Source of the DNA: Octopus vulgaris
Taxonomy: Eukaryota
NCBI GenBank assembly: GCA_951406725.2
Contig: OX597833.1
Location: 63,240,001 to 63,304,000, forward strand
DNA: 64,000 bases
Direction of reading: 5' to 3'
The notes below the pieces were generated by a model. It ran no database searches. It was not told the DNA's origin and worked only from the letters and a program-made list of their open reading frames with translations. Positions 42,949 to 58,450 of this stretch are shown here, one piece after another (the stretch's first letter is position 1; every line of letters begins with the position of its first letter). A program made the translations under genes and the position numbers.

Positions 42949-43261
42949 GAATAAAAAGAAGAAGACGAAGAAACAGCAGTATCATAAATAAAGAGTGTGT
43001 TAGGCTGTAATGATAAGCTGTTAGCAATAAAAAAGAAATACTCTCTCAGTGCCCGCAGAAAAACAAATTTTCTCTGTCTACCCTTTATCATATTTTGTAT
43101 CATTACTGTCAAGTAATATTTTGTATTATTACTGTCAAGGATTTCTCCGCTATTTCACCATATTTATTCCTTTTTTTTTCTTTGTATGTATTGCTTCCTT
43201 TCTACACCAGCAACATACAACGCTTGACAGGTGTACAGCGTTTGGAGCGCACCTTCTGATG

Positions 43262-43323
43262 CATGTCTGATGAAGTGCCACTCTGTTGTGTAAAACCGCA
43301 AATAATACGAAACTTTTCACATG
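43262..43323 (+). ncRNA. Decayed type I hammerhead motif
   Basis: CAUGU-CUGAUGA-A-GUG...UAC-GAAACUUUUC-ACAUG. Stem I is a perfect 5 bp; stems II and III are weak. Confidence 0.5.
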
Positions 43324-43958
43324 AAATTCTTGCGCAGAGTGACGTTAAAAATAGAGTGATACCGAAAGAATTATAACTGGTTTTTTATTCGGTGTATATA
43401 TTAAACTTCGTAAGGGTTTTCTATACCCGTGGAATTTCAATCTTCTTCGTGACTCTAATTCGAGAATGATGATAGTCAGAAATTCAGAATGAGTGTTGCA
43501 TTGGAAATATACTTGTGTACTACATACATACATACATGCATGCGTACATGAATACATACATACATACATACATACATACATACATACATACATACATACA
43601 TACATACATACATACATACATACATACATACACACATACATACATACATAAATACATACATACATACATACATGCATACGTACACACATACATATATATA
43701 TACATGTATGCATACGTACATACATACATACATACATACATACATACATACATACATACATACATGAATACATACATGCATACATACATACATGCATACA
43801 TACATACATACATACATACATACATAATACATACATACATACATACACATACACGCATACATACATACATACATATATGCATGCATATATACATACATAC
43901 ATACATACATACATACATACATACATACATACATACATACATACATACGTACATACAT

Positions 43959-44648
43959 GATTGGACGCTTGATGAGATCCGAGCCGTTGATGTGAAAACC
44001 CGAAAAATACTAACAAGCATACATAATTTTCCGCATAAACAGTGACGTACACCGCCTTGAGGCTAAACATAAATCCAAAATGCTTTTGAATGTCCAATCA
44101 TATCCCTTCGGCAACACCTTTTAACCACCAAGTTTCGCAGTGCATCCCATGACCAGGTTTGCATACATGAGGCTGATAACATCATAAGACTTGGAAGGCA
44201 GCTCCTTGAGCAACACTCTTTGTTTGATAAACTAGAATACATTCCCAAAGATGTTGCACGACTCTACCGCAACCTTCATCAGAGGAAAATATGAGCCTAT
44301 ATGAGCAGAAGATTATGCATGGATATGTTAGTAGAAAGCTCCGTGATGATAGTAACATCGATCTTCAAAGCTTTTTGTCATGGACTAATAGTCCAGATTA
44401 CTACCTTCTATTTCGAAGGGTAATTATTGGGACCCTGGATTATGTAACACACTGCCTAAATACCAATCTTGAGAAATCAGGCTTCTCAAAACCAGAAAGG
44501 AAAAGCTAATTCGAAGACTACAGATCTAATCTATCACTGGAACTGTAAAAATCTGTAAAACTTTCCAGAAGTTTATCATTTAAATATATATGAGCATGTC
44601 GAGATATGCAACTATATACATGAGAATACATACATAAAACATACATGT
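43959..44648 (+). pseudogene. R4/Dong-like (restriction-like endonuclease) LINE 3' fragment, internally deleted
   Basis: WTLDEIRAVDVKTRKILT...NSDVHRL (post-RT motif) and VIIGTLDYV...LQI*SITGTVKICKTF (REL C-terminus). Confidence 0.72.
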
Positions 44649-44999
44649 AAATTCCTTTTGAATGTGGTATTTAGGGTATAAAACCTTGTAACGCCTTGAA
44701 GTCCCGGCTGTTTCAGTAATTTGTCTTTTCTCAGGAGGTGTTGAAGGATCTTCTGGAACTTTGCAATGACACTCAGTTCGGAAGACTGTATAGCTTTTCA
44801 GTTCCAGAATCCGACGCCAATCTCTTCTGGATTTCCAGACAGACATGATTCTTTATAGACACCCTAAGCTTTGAACTTCTCTGAAAAACTTCATCCGGTG
44901 TTTCAAATGAAATTCTTCGCCCTTTAGATTGCACCCAATTCCGCAAGGTGCTTCGAAGTAGCAGATGATGGAGACTGGGAGCAATAATCGAGAAGACAA

Positions 45000-45034
<35 letters not shown>

Positions 45035-45129
45035 AACTTTTTCCACAAAAACAAAACAAAACAAAATAAAAAGCGAAAAAAAAAAACCCCACTATTGTCT
45101 TATGCTGAAAGTTGCTTGGTTGCCTCGAA

Positions 45130-46450
<1,321 letters not shown>

Positions 46451-46562
46451 TTTAGATTATATTTTTCTCCTTTTTCAGCTATAAGTTTTTTTTTTCAATA
46501 AAGAATCGAGACTTTGGTTTTTGATTTCACAGAGAACTTCGCCATTTCTTTGAATTATAGTA

Positions 46563-46945
46563 GGAGCACTCCGTCGGTTGCGACGATGAGGGTCCCTGCT
46601 GATACGATCAACGGAACAGCTTGCTCGTGATATTAACGTGCAAGTGGCTGAGCACTCCACAGACACATGTACCCTTAACGTAGTTCTCGGGGATATTCAG
46701 CGTGACACAGAGTATGACAAGGCTGGCCCTTTGAAATACAGGTACAAGAGAAACAGGAAGAAAGAGCGAGAGAAAGTTGTGATGAAAGAGTACAACAGGG
46801 TTCACCACCACCCCCTGCTGGAGCCTCGTGGAGCTTTTAGGTGTTTTCGCTCAATAAACACTCACAATGCCCGGTCTGGGAATCGAAACCGCGATCCTAC
46901 GACCGCGAGTCCGCTGCCCTAACCACTGGGCCATTGCGTCTCCAG
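46563..46945 (-). mobile_element. tRNA-derived SINE family E with Nin/Deu-like central motif
   Basis: Head TGGCCCAGTGGTTAG...GGTTTCGATTCCC and CAGCCACTTGCACGTTAA motif; second copy at 62820-63137. Confidence 0.75.
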
Positions 46946-47012
46946 GATTCTTTGAATTAACATTTCTGTGAACGTCATCAACCTTCATCATTGGTAAACG
47001 TTTATTACATAT

Positions 47013-47790
47013 ACTAGCTGTATCGCCCGGCGTTGCTCGGGTTTGTTTCGACGCTTTAGAATTGGAATTTTTGAAAAGTAAAAATTTTGCATTATGTAGC
47101 TTGTTATTCTCTTTAAGTGAACATTTTTCTGGTTAAAATACACCGAAAAATGGCGACACAACAGTCGAAAAATCATAAAAAATGGGGATTTTCATAGAAA
47201 AAAAGCACCTTTTTGATGTAAAATATTTGGTGTTAACATAGTCCGATTTGAATTTCTTCTTCTACGGAAGGAAGAGCAAGCCTTCTTCTATCATACTCTC
47301 AATTTTGGTTAACTTGCGCCGTAGGGTCTCGGAGGAGATAGTGTTAGTTGAAGGCTACCAAACCTGCTATACACAGACAACTTCAGCTTTATATATATAT
47401 ACTAGCAGTATCGTCTGGTGTTGCTCGGGTTTGTTTCGACCCTTTAGAATTGGAATTTTTGAAAAGTAAAAATTTTGCATTATGTGGGTTGTTATTCTCT
47501 TTAAGTGAACATTTTTCTGGTTGAAATACACCGAAAAATGGCGACACAGCAATCAAAAAATCGTAAAAATAGCTATTTTCATAGAAAAAAAGCACCATTT
47601 TGATGTAAATAATTTTTGGTGTTAACATAGTCCGACTTGAATTTTTTCTTCTACTGAATGAAGAGCAAGCCTTCTTGTATCATACTCTCAATTTTGGTCA
47701 ACTTGCGCCGCAGGGTCTCGGAGGAGATAGTGTTAGTTGAAGGCTACCAAACCTGCCATATACAGACAACTTCAGCTTTATATATATATA
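47013..47790 (-). mobile_element. Two head-to-tail 388-bp non-autonomous Helitron copies
   Basis: Minus-strand 3' end CCCGAGCAACGCCGGG hairpin followed by CTAG|T; junction at 47400/47401; no TIR or TSD. Confidence 0.78.
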
Positions 47791-47894
47791 AAACAGGTGA
47801 GTACTAGTGGTGGTGGTGGTGGTGGTGATGGGGCCATGTAATTGACTTACCGCTTCACCTGAACTTGCTGGCCTTGTGCCAAAGCTTGAAATCA

Positions 47895-48270
47895 ATATGT
47901 TTAATGCATGCTTAGCACGTTTAATACACGACTAATATATGTCTAATATACGTTTAATACATGTTTAATACATCTATGATACATGATAAATTCATGTTTC
48001 ATACATGCATTATACATGTTCAGTACATGTTTTATACATGTTTAGCACAGGCTTCATTCATGAATAATACACGGTTAATCTACACATAACATATGCTTAA
48101 TGTATGTTTAATATATGTTTAACACGTCCAATTCATGTTTGATATATATATTGAATAGATGTCTAATACATATTTACTACATGTTTAGTACATGTTTAAT
48201 AGTTTAATGCATAGGTAATACAAGTTTAATATACGTTTAATGCATAGATAATATATGTCTAATAAATACA
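47895..48270. repeat. Degenerate 11-bp minisatellite (CATGTTTAATA)
   Basis: 11-bp periodicity visible across about 370 bp. Confidence 0.8.
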
Positions 48271-48469
48271 GCTTTCATATCTGACAAAACTGTTCCAAAT
48301 ATTTCTTTGTTGTCTTTGCACAGTAATAATTTGTGGCGAGTATAGGTTACGGAATATTCTATCGATTTCTTTTGTGATTAACAAAAGCTCTAAAAAGTCA
48401 AATCAGTGGCTCTTCGGAAATCTTTTGTTATCGCAACAATGAAGGAAAAAAAAAAAAAAACGAAATACT

Positions 48470-48930
48470 TATGAATATATATCGTACAAGTTGCGATCTA
48501 TTTCCCCTTCCCTTTGTCTCTACACGCCCTGCTAAATGTAATTTTTCTTTCCCAAATTTACGCACGTATGCGTCTAATAGGATTCTAGCGATATGGACGA
48601 AATTGAAAGGATTTGTTGCAGAAACAGAGAAAGTTTTCCACGAAGAACTGGTCTTCTCCAAAACCATAAGCATTCATTTGGACAATTCTATCGCTTTCTC
48701 AGTTCAGGGATTCCTTATACGACTTAGTATTATACGATGTGGGTGAGTTTTTCCCTCAACACTCCTCTGCACACAACCATTGCTAACATTTCATATTATT
48801 GCCAACTACATTCCTTTACTTTCGCCTCCATTCTGAATAGAATTTCTGCAATAATAATTTTTTTTTCTTTTTCGGTCTGCGAGATGGATATAAGTTATGC
48901 TTCAACACGAATTGCAAAGCCAAATGAGTT
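48470..48930 (-). pseudogene. Highly degraded RTE-like LINE C-terminal fragment
   Basis: YVRKFGKEKLHLAGRVETKGRG resembles GHV.R...EKL.L.G.VEGKR.RGR; upstream RI.RIP*TEK-like segment. Confidence 0.5.
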
Positions 48931-48990
48931 AGACACCCTTTAAATATACATACATACTTACATATATATATCTATCTATCTATCTATCTA

Positions 48991-49104
<114 letters not shown>

Positions 49105-49302
49105 TAGGTTCACATGCTAATAGGAGTTATTCTCTCCACAGTAGGTCAAGTTAAAGTATAAAATGTAGACCTACATACACACACACTCACATATGAATAT
49201 GTCTCCCTCCCTCTTTTCTCCCTCTCCTCTCTCACCCCCTCTCCATCTCTCTCAACCCCTCTTCCTCTCCTCTCTTCTCTAATCGCTTCTTCTCTCCCCT
49301 CC

Positions 49303-49342
<40 letters not shown>

Positions 49343-49631
49343 GAATATATATATGTATGTAGATGTTCACATATACACAAACTTATATTCCTTCATTTAT
49401 ACATGTATGAATATATACATATACGTGCATACACATACACACGCACACACACACACGCACGTACATATTTGTATACGTCTGTATATATATATACACATAC
49501 ACTTATATATACTCACATACATACAAACGCGCATACATGCATAAGTGTATGCGTCTATGGACGGATGTATAAATATATGGCTATTATGTATGGATGCCTC
49601 TCTGTCTGTCTACATGTATGTATATATATAC

Positions 49632-49709
<78 letters not shown>

Positions 49710-49925
49710 TATACATGTATACATGTACACATGTACTCGCAGGCCTACACTAACATTTATAAATAGCTGTTAGCCTCTCAACAGTAGGTCAAATTTAACT
49801 ATATTAAACAAATAAATCAAAAACGATTATGCACACACACACACATCTATAATTATAAACACTTCAGGCATGTATATATACATACATGTACATATATATA
49901 TATATATAAATACAAATATCTATGC

Positions 49926-49961
<36 letters not shown>

Positions 49962-50233
49962 CTATGTGTGTGTACATATCTATGTGTGTGTATATATATA
50001 AACATATTCATACACATCTATAATTATAAACACATCAAGCGTGTATATATACATACATGTACACACACACACATACAATATATATATGCACACATACAAA
50101 TACAAATATCTATGCGTGTGTATGTATATATATATATATACATATCAATGCGTGTGTATACACATATACATATTCATGTATGCATGTATATATATATATA
50201 TATGCAAACATACACACACACACACACACACAG

Positions 50234-50321
<88 letters not shown>

Positions 50322-50591
50322 CAGTAACAACAAGCATTAGCTGCAAGACTAAATTCGCAGCCATCTTATATACAGAAATATATTACAGGTTACTAATCAT
50401 TCTCTCCCCTTAGTTATTTATGGAGGTTGCCAGAGGTCGCTAAGTGTGACAAAATGTCACGGGCCTAGAGCGATGCTGATTCTCAACTTTGTTGCCAAGT
50501 TACTTCATAGCACAATGCTTTAGACATTTGATTGCTCTTGTGGTCGTTTTCTATTTATTCCGACATGTGCTTGTATGTATGTATGTATATA

Positions 50592-50622
<31 letters not shown>

Positions 50623-50692
50623 GTGTGTGTGTATATATATATATATCTATCTATATATATATATATATATACATACTTACATACATACATAT

Positions 50693-50757
<65 letters not shown>

Positions 50758-50803
50758 AGTGAAAGAATGGAGTCGAACTGCGATTTTAACAAAATTCCTT
50801 TAT

Positions 50804-50884
50804 TCTCGACATATGTTTCGAAGACTGCATATTCTTAATTCCGAAGGAATAAAGGGTGCATTATGCCGCCTTCTCATCAGGAAA
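50804..50884 (-). ncRNA. Type I hammerhead ribozyme, canonical core
   Basis: UUUC-CUGAUGA-GAAGGCGGCAUA...UAUGCAGUCUUC-GAAA-CAUAU-GUC-GAGA. Stem II 12 bp with one mismatch, palindromic ACAUAUGU stem III, GUC triplet. Confidence 0.85.
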
Positions 50885-51091
50885 GACAAGGAACCTACAC
50901 GAAAACACGTGATTTCTGCCCCTGGCATGTAGCTTCAACCGTGTTTTCTGACGTGAATTTGCTACCCGGGTATCGGTTAACCGAATTGTCCATACTAGGA
51001 TAATTCATTCACCTACTTATATATATATATGTATGTATGCATGTATGTATGTATGTATGTATGTATGTATGTATGTATGTATGTATGTATG

Positions 51092-51122
<31 letters not shown>

Positions 51123-51380
51123 GTATGCATGTATACTTTTTTACTTTTTTACTTGTTTCGCTCATTTGACTGCGGCGATGCTGGAGCACCGCCTTTAGTC
51201 GAACAAATCGACCCCCGAGACTTATTCTTAGTAAGCCTACAACTTATTCTATCGGTCGCTTTTGCCGAAACGCTAGATTATGGGGATGTATACACACCAA
51301 CAACGGTTGTCAAGCGATGGTGGTTGGACAACACAGACACACATACATACATACACACACGCGTGTGCACACACACACAT

Positions 51381-51450
<70 letters not shown>

Positions 51451-51484
51451 CAAAGTGAAGCTGTAAGGTACCGCACGAGTGGAA

Positions 51485-52110
51485 ATATATATGAAAGAAG
51501 GTTTGAAAATGCAATTTTAAAGACGTTTATTCACTTGACCGGTTTCACTTTTTTAGGAAAAGATTGTCAAAAGTAAAATGTAAAAGCTTTGTATAAGCTT
51601 TGTTTGTGTTAAGTACTGGTTGTCAGAAAAGTATCAAACTACATATATACATTCTTTGATAATAATAATAAGAAAAGCAGTTTACAAGAAAATATTTGAG
51701 AAAATATTCAACAAAATGTATTAGGTGTTCAATAAAAATCATGTTTATTTGGTAGTATATATACACACTGAAGGAGGTATATTTAAAGTTTACAAAGAAT
51801 TTGAGATGAACCAACCTGTTTTCTTATCATTTTTTATTTTGTGTGTAGCTAAGGGTTGTTTGCTACTTTAAGCTCTAGGCCCGTAACACACTGTCCCTTA
51901 GAATCTTGTAAAATGTTTTTAACATTTTCTTATTGTTATCAAAGAATGTATACCTGTAATTTATTACTTTTGTGATAACAAGTACTTAACATAACAAAGC
52001 TCATACAAAGCTTTACATTTTACTTTTGACAATTTTTTTCTAAAAAAGTGAAACCGGTCAAGTGAATAAACATCTTTAAAATTGCATTTTCAAACCTTCT
52101 TTCATATATA
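51485..52110. mobile_element. Fold-back element with about 190-bp imperfect inverted arms
   Basis: Arms about 51485-51677 and 51925-52110 each contain GAAACCGGTC. A related end lies at 20490-20580. Confidence 0.72.
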
Positions 52111-52119
52111 TATATATAT

Positions 52120-52245
<126 letters not shown>

Positions 52246-52270
52246 AGCAAAGTGTATGTACGCCGCTATG

Positions 52271-52475
52271 TATATATAAAATACAAAATGGGACAAGAAC
52301 GCAAAGAACGACAAGAATAATCAGCCTAATTGCGAGGATAATCTGGTGCTTGACTGAGGATAGAGGGCTTCGAAAAACCCGTCCTTGTTTTCTTTGTATC
52401 GTCTATCTGGATGTTTTGTTGTCCCTTTTTGTATCACCTAGCTGTCCGGATGTTTTGCGTTCTTGTCCCATTTTG

Positions 52476-52488
<13 letters not shown>
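52271..52488 (+). mobile_element. Short TA-flanked element with about 35-bp terminal inversion (family also at 24400-24546, 53395-53585, 56500-56710)
   Basis: TAAAATACAAAATGGGACAAGAACGCAAA at the left end and its reverse complement at the right end. Confidence 0.7.
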
Positions 52489-52527
<39 letters not shown>

Positions 52528-52543
52528 AACACATATATACACG

Positions 52544-52574
<31 letters not shown>

Positions 52575-53599
52575 ACACATATATACATGTAATAATTGGT
52601 GCTCTTTGTTTTTGTTTTAGTAAGCGAATTAGGTGACAAAAGATAGGTTTTTCTAAATTGTTATCACCGAAAGATCGGCTAACACGAACTTTAACAGCAA
52701 CAATCTAATTTGTTTGCAAGTCAACTTGTTTACAATTTCACGAACTCATCGTAATTCCTAATTATTCTTTTTCTACTTTTGCCTCGTAGATAATTATATT
52801 CTCCTCGAAGAAGACATTTAACTGCAGTTTTCTTTCTCTCTTCGCATTTAATCAGTCTTAACTATAATTATATCTTTAATTTTATTTATTTAATTCTTAT
52901 CGTTCATCTACAACGACTTATGTGCAACAGCTAACTGCTATACTACGAATGACCTACATACATCACCGCATTTCAATCTAACGGTAGGAATAATACTTTT
53001 GTAAATAGAGACGTCTCTCCTTCAAGTTTTACACGGGGTTGATTAAAAACTAGCGTGCTGTTCTTCGATGAATCAATACGAAACACATGGTATTGTCTAA
53101 CAATTTTGGAAATTACAAGTTTTCGTTTAACAATCTATAATTTTTTCTCACAGAAATCTGCTAAACCAACAGAATTGTTTTTTTCATATCCCAACACTCA
53201 AAGAGCTTATTATATGTGATCTTTTTCTTCGACAGCATTTGTTTACTTTTCCTGCGAGTTACCTATTTACCATTTGCTATTTCGGCTGCTGTTAATGGTA
53301 CTATATATGTATATATATGTCTATACAAAATATCGGGATTTAGTTCACCGGTGATCTAAACGATTAGGTACGCTAGGTAAATTCTGTAATGGAACACAGA
53401 ACATCCAGACAGTTAGGTGATACATAAAAGGGGACAACAAAACATCCACATAGACGATACAAAGAAAACAAAGACGGGTCATGCGGAGTTTTCTTTCCTC
53501 ATTCGAGTTTCAGATTATCTTTGCAATTTTGTGGCCTGCCCCAAGGAAAAACTAAACTAAGAGAATTAGATTCCTTGAAAGAAAGCATATATATATATA

Positions 53600-53840
53600 T
53601 TTCTCTCTTTTCTCTTTTTCTTGTTTCAGTCATTTGACTGAGGCCATGCTGGAGCACCGCCTTTAGTCGAGCAAATCGGCCCCAGGACTTATTCTTTGGA
53701 AGCCTAGTACTTATTCTGTCGGGCTCTTTTGCCGAACCGCTAAGTTACGGGGACGTAAACACATCAGCATCGGTTGTGAAGCGATGTTGGAGGACATACA
53801 CAGACACACAAACACAGACACACAGACACACACAGACACA

Positions 53841-53900
<60 letters not shown>

Positions 53901-54070
53901 TACATATATACGAAGGGCCTCTTTCAGTTTCCAAATCCACTCACAAAGCTTTGGTCAGCCCCGAGGCTATAGTAGAAGACACTTGCTCAAGGCGTCACGC
54001 AGTGGGAATGAACCTGGAACCATGTGGTTGGTAAGCAAGCTACTTACCACACAGCCACTCCTGCGCCTAT
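53600..54070 (-). mobile_element. SINE family C, full length
   Basis: Match to the family consensus. Confidence 0.88.
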
Positions 54071-54072
54071 GG

Positions 54073-54109
<37 letters not shown>

Positions 54110-54681
54110 GTTTGAGTAGTCACTACTGACAAATCAACGACTGATAGGCGAAATCAGTCTAATCTAAAGATCCCAGAGACGTTTATGGGGTGGCTATCTC
54201 CCCTGTCAGCGTATATATATAGAGCCTCTTACAACATTAAGGGTTTTATACTCTTATTTCTTTCAATATAGTTGCTTCGGCAACCTCAGTCTCAATTAAC
54301 GACGATAAAAATTTTCCTTATATATATTATCTTTTTCATACAAACGAAAGCAAGAAGCACTCCACACGTTTAATAAGCGTTACAGGTATCATTATCATTT
54401 TTAAAAAAGTTCGATTCGACTTCATGAGATTTAAAGTTTTTTGTAGGCACCTTACAGTATCGTAGCTCGTTCCGGTTGAGATTACCGAATAATCTGAGCC
54501 TGAACACGTTAAGTGTCTATTAGAAGCCTGCGAAACTTTAAGTCACATAGAGCCGAACCAAGCTGTTTTGAATACTACATACACACACACATCCATCCAT
54601 CCATCCTTCCATACGTACATTCATACATACATAAGATATACATACATATGTACATATATATATATACATACATACAAAGAT

Positions 54682-54771
<90 letters not shown>

Positions 54772-54959
54772 CAATTTCCTGAGTCATATCATCATTAATT
54801 TGAAACGAAGTGCTGGACGGAACCGAGGCAAGCCCCATAAACATAGATTTTAGCTAATAAACAAAAGTTATAATACTCTCCATCCTTATTAACTGTTTTT
54901 AGTTGTACATCCAAATTTATGATGTTTGTTATTATCACAAATAAACACTCTCCCCTGTA

Positions 54960-55057
<98 letters not shown>

Positions 55058-55137
55058 CATACATCATATATATATATATATCTATGTATTTACATTTACT
55101 TGCCGCTTACTAATTTTATCTATGTATTATAGTCATA

Positions 55138-55176
<39 letters not shown>

Positions 55177-55202
55177 TACATACATTATACACATACATAC
55201 AT

Positions 55203-55247
<45 letters not shown>

Positions 55248-55307
55248 CACATATAAATGTATTTACATTTACTTTCCGCTTACTAATTTTATCTATGTAT
55301 TATATTC

Positions 55308-55348
<41 letters not shown>

Positions 55349-56703
55349 CATACATTATGCAAATACATACATACATACATACATACATACATACATACAT
55401 ACATACATACATACATACATACATACGTTCATACATATATACATACATATATATATATATATGTACATACATAGGTACACACACAAACTCACACACACAC
55501 ACACACACACAGACACACACACACAGAGAAACTCTCTCTCTCACACACACACACACATAGCACCCCCACTATTTGTTCGGTCTTTGCTTAATATTGCACA
55601 TAAAATTGCGTTAAGAACACGTTCTCTAATTACATTAATCAATAGCTAACGAAACAACAACAAATTACAAACAAAGAAACAAACAAACAAGAAAATATGA
55701 AAAAGAAGAAAAATGACTAAGCGATGAAATGAATAAAGATTGATGCAAGTCGTTCTAGTTAGTATAAACACTTTTAGTGGGTTACCTACGTTGCAGTTTT
55801 AGTAAAAAGGCTTAATTTAAAGATGGCGCTTTCCTTTGATGTCCTTTCGGTGCTTTTAGAGTTTGTGTATTAGTGTCGAGAAAAAACATCCAATTATATG
55901 GAATTAATGATTATACTTTTGTTTGGTCTTCCGCTAATGGTGAGAACTGTTAAAACCATATATATACATATATATATATACATATATATATATACATATA
56001 TAATTTTGTGCGATTCTCTTATTCTTTCATTCTTTCTTTCTTTCTTTCTTTCTATTAGCCCTTTCACACTTCGATCTTCCCATTCTTCGTTCTTCCGTTC
56101 CCCCCTCTCTCACATTTCCTGGCTTTCTCTTCATTCTCACTTTCCCTCCTCTTTCACTTCACTCTGTCCCTTTTATTTTTTCTCGCCCCTCCTTAATTCC
56201 TCTATCCCTCTGCCTCTACCACTCTCTCTCCTCTCTCCACGTGACCAGTGTTCGGCCAAGCCTGACCTTTCATTCTTGGTTCGACTATCATCCGTGCAAC
56301 ATCTATATTCCACCCCATGCCTCTCATCAGTTATGTCCCTGTCGTAAGGCTTCACTTCTACACACGCCAGCTTAATTCAATTCGTCCTTAGTCGGAAGAC
56401 ACCTGTTGTTAAAGTCCTGTTATTTGCATTTGTATTTATGAGCCACTTATCCGTTTTTTCCCCTCCCTGTTTTCGTACACATTCACTGCTTTCTTTCAAG
56501 GGATCTAGTGCTCTTAGCTTAGTTTTTCTTCGGGGGCTGGCCAGATTGGAGCAATTTCGAGTGTAAGCAGTCGAAATTTCAAAGATAATCTGGAACTCGA
56601 CCGAGGAAAGAAAACTCCAAATGACCCGTTGTTGTTTTTCTTATCCCTTGTTTGTATCATCTGTCTGGATGTTTTGCGTTCTTGTCTCATTTTTTTGTGT
56701 TCC

Positions 56704-56761
<58 letters not shown>

Positions 56762-56802
56762 CAGACATATATAGACAAACAGAAAATTATACATACACAC
56801 AC

Positions 56803-56837
<35 letters not shown>

Positions 56838-57214
56838 TGTATGTATGTATGTATGTATGTATGTATGTATGTATGTATAATATGTATAGTATGTATAGTA
56901 TGTATAGTATGTATAGTATGTATAGTATGTATATAGACCGACTCAGAAGCGCAGAGTGTGTAGGTGTTTTACAGAGAAAGTGTTAAACTCGAACACAGAA
57001 TAACTGTAAAACCAGTCTAGAAAATTGTAAGTTTTCTTACCAATTGTCTAAGCTATTTCCAGTGTCATTGTGCTTTCGAGAGTTACTTCAGTTTCTGCTA
57101 TATATACATATATATAACGGGAAGGTTTACGAACATAAACAAAAGACAAAGGCAGGTGGAGTACAAACAAATAAATGTATTAGCATGGCGCTCAGGAATA
57201 GAAATAGAACAAGT

Positions 57215-57250
57215 CTTTTATGTTTCGAGCCTACGCTCTTCGACAGAAAG
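57215..57250 (-). ncRNA. Minimal hammerhead-like variant (CUGUCGA core)
   Basis: CUUU-CUGUCGA-A-GAGC-GUAG-GCUC-GAAACAUA-AAAG; decayed relative at 21166-21201 (+). Confidence 0.5.
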
Positions 57251-57308
57251 ATACACAGAAAAAAACAAGGAGAGAAAAAAAATGTGTGTAGGAGCTAACG
57301 ATCTATCA

Positions 57309-57340
<32 letters not shown>

Positions 57341-57764
57341 TCGTCTCTGTCTGTGCTTCTGTCTATGTCTTTATGCCTGTCTCTCTCTCTCCATCCCCGT
57401 CTCTCCTACCCTCGCCTCTCTCCTACCCTCGCCTCTCTCCTACCCTCGCCTCTCTCCTTCCCTCCCATTTCTCCTTCCCTCCTCCTCTCTCTATCTCTTT
57501 TCTACAGAAACGGTGACCTTTAGTTAATAATTACCGTGGGTTTCACGAACCTTTAAGGAATCGATGAACACTTAATGAATTCAAAGCTAAATGTAGAAGA
57601 AAGAAGGAGAGGCGGGGGAGGGGCAGAACGGGGATGGGGGTTAATGGAAGGAGACAAAATGAAGTGTTTAATCAATAATAATTACTCTTGTGTTGAAAAG
57701 AAACGAGAAATATATTAAAATTCCATCCATCCCTCCATCCATCAATCCACCTTCTCCACCAACT

Positions 57765-58005
57765 GTTCTTGGGTGGGCTGTGGGGTTAGAACCCTCACAC
57801 ACCTCCTCCATATCAAAAGCAACCGTCATTACACTTTTCTGGCCGGATTCCCAGGTATGACCAACTGAGTGAGTGGATGTCATCCAACCATCCCGTTCGT
57901 GACCCGCAACTAGGTCTACTGCCGGCTGGTTTGGCTTGAAGAATCTTCTTGTGGCACTTTCCTGCGACATCTTAAGCACAAGTCCATAGCACTGGTACTA
58001 TGGCT
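57765..58005 (-). pseudogene. RTE-clade LINE 3' end
   Basis: YGLVLKMSQE...ILQAKPAGSRP...RTGWLDDIHSLSWSYLGIRPE across frameshifts. Confidence 0.68.
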
Positions 58006-58259
58006 TCTCATTGCGAATGTGAATTAATTACAATTCGTAAAAAAAAAAAAAAAGTCTGAAAATTCGTTTGAAGAAAGGTGAAAGAGACAAAGGAGATCGA
58101 TATTAAAACTGATTAATAACTAGAGGAAATATGTAAATACACCCACATCACTTTACACGTTTCTGCCTTATTACATCTCTTCAGTGAAGACTACTCAAAT
58201 ATGACTTATCTAGGTGTGAGAATAGCTTATCTTGATAAAGAAGAAATATGTTCTTATAT

Positions 58260-58397
58260 TGGAGTGACTGTGTGGTAAGTAGCTTCCTTACCAACCACAT
58301 GGTTCCGGGTTCAATCCCACTGCGTAGCACCTGTAGTCTAAGGCCGACCAAAACCTTGTGGGTGGATTTGGTAGACGAAAACTGAAAAAAGCTCGTC

Positions 58398-58450
<53 letters not shown>

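Noticed and set aside
47895-48270. CRISPR-like or coding periodicity
   Set aside because: Continuous degenerate 11-bp tandem with no spacers, in a eukaryotic context.
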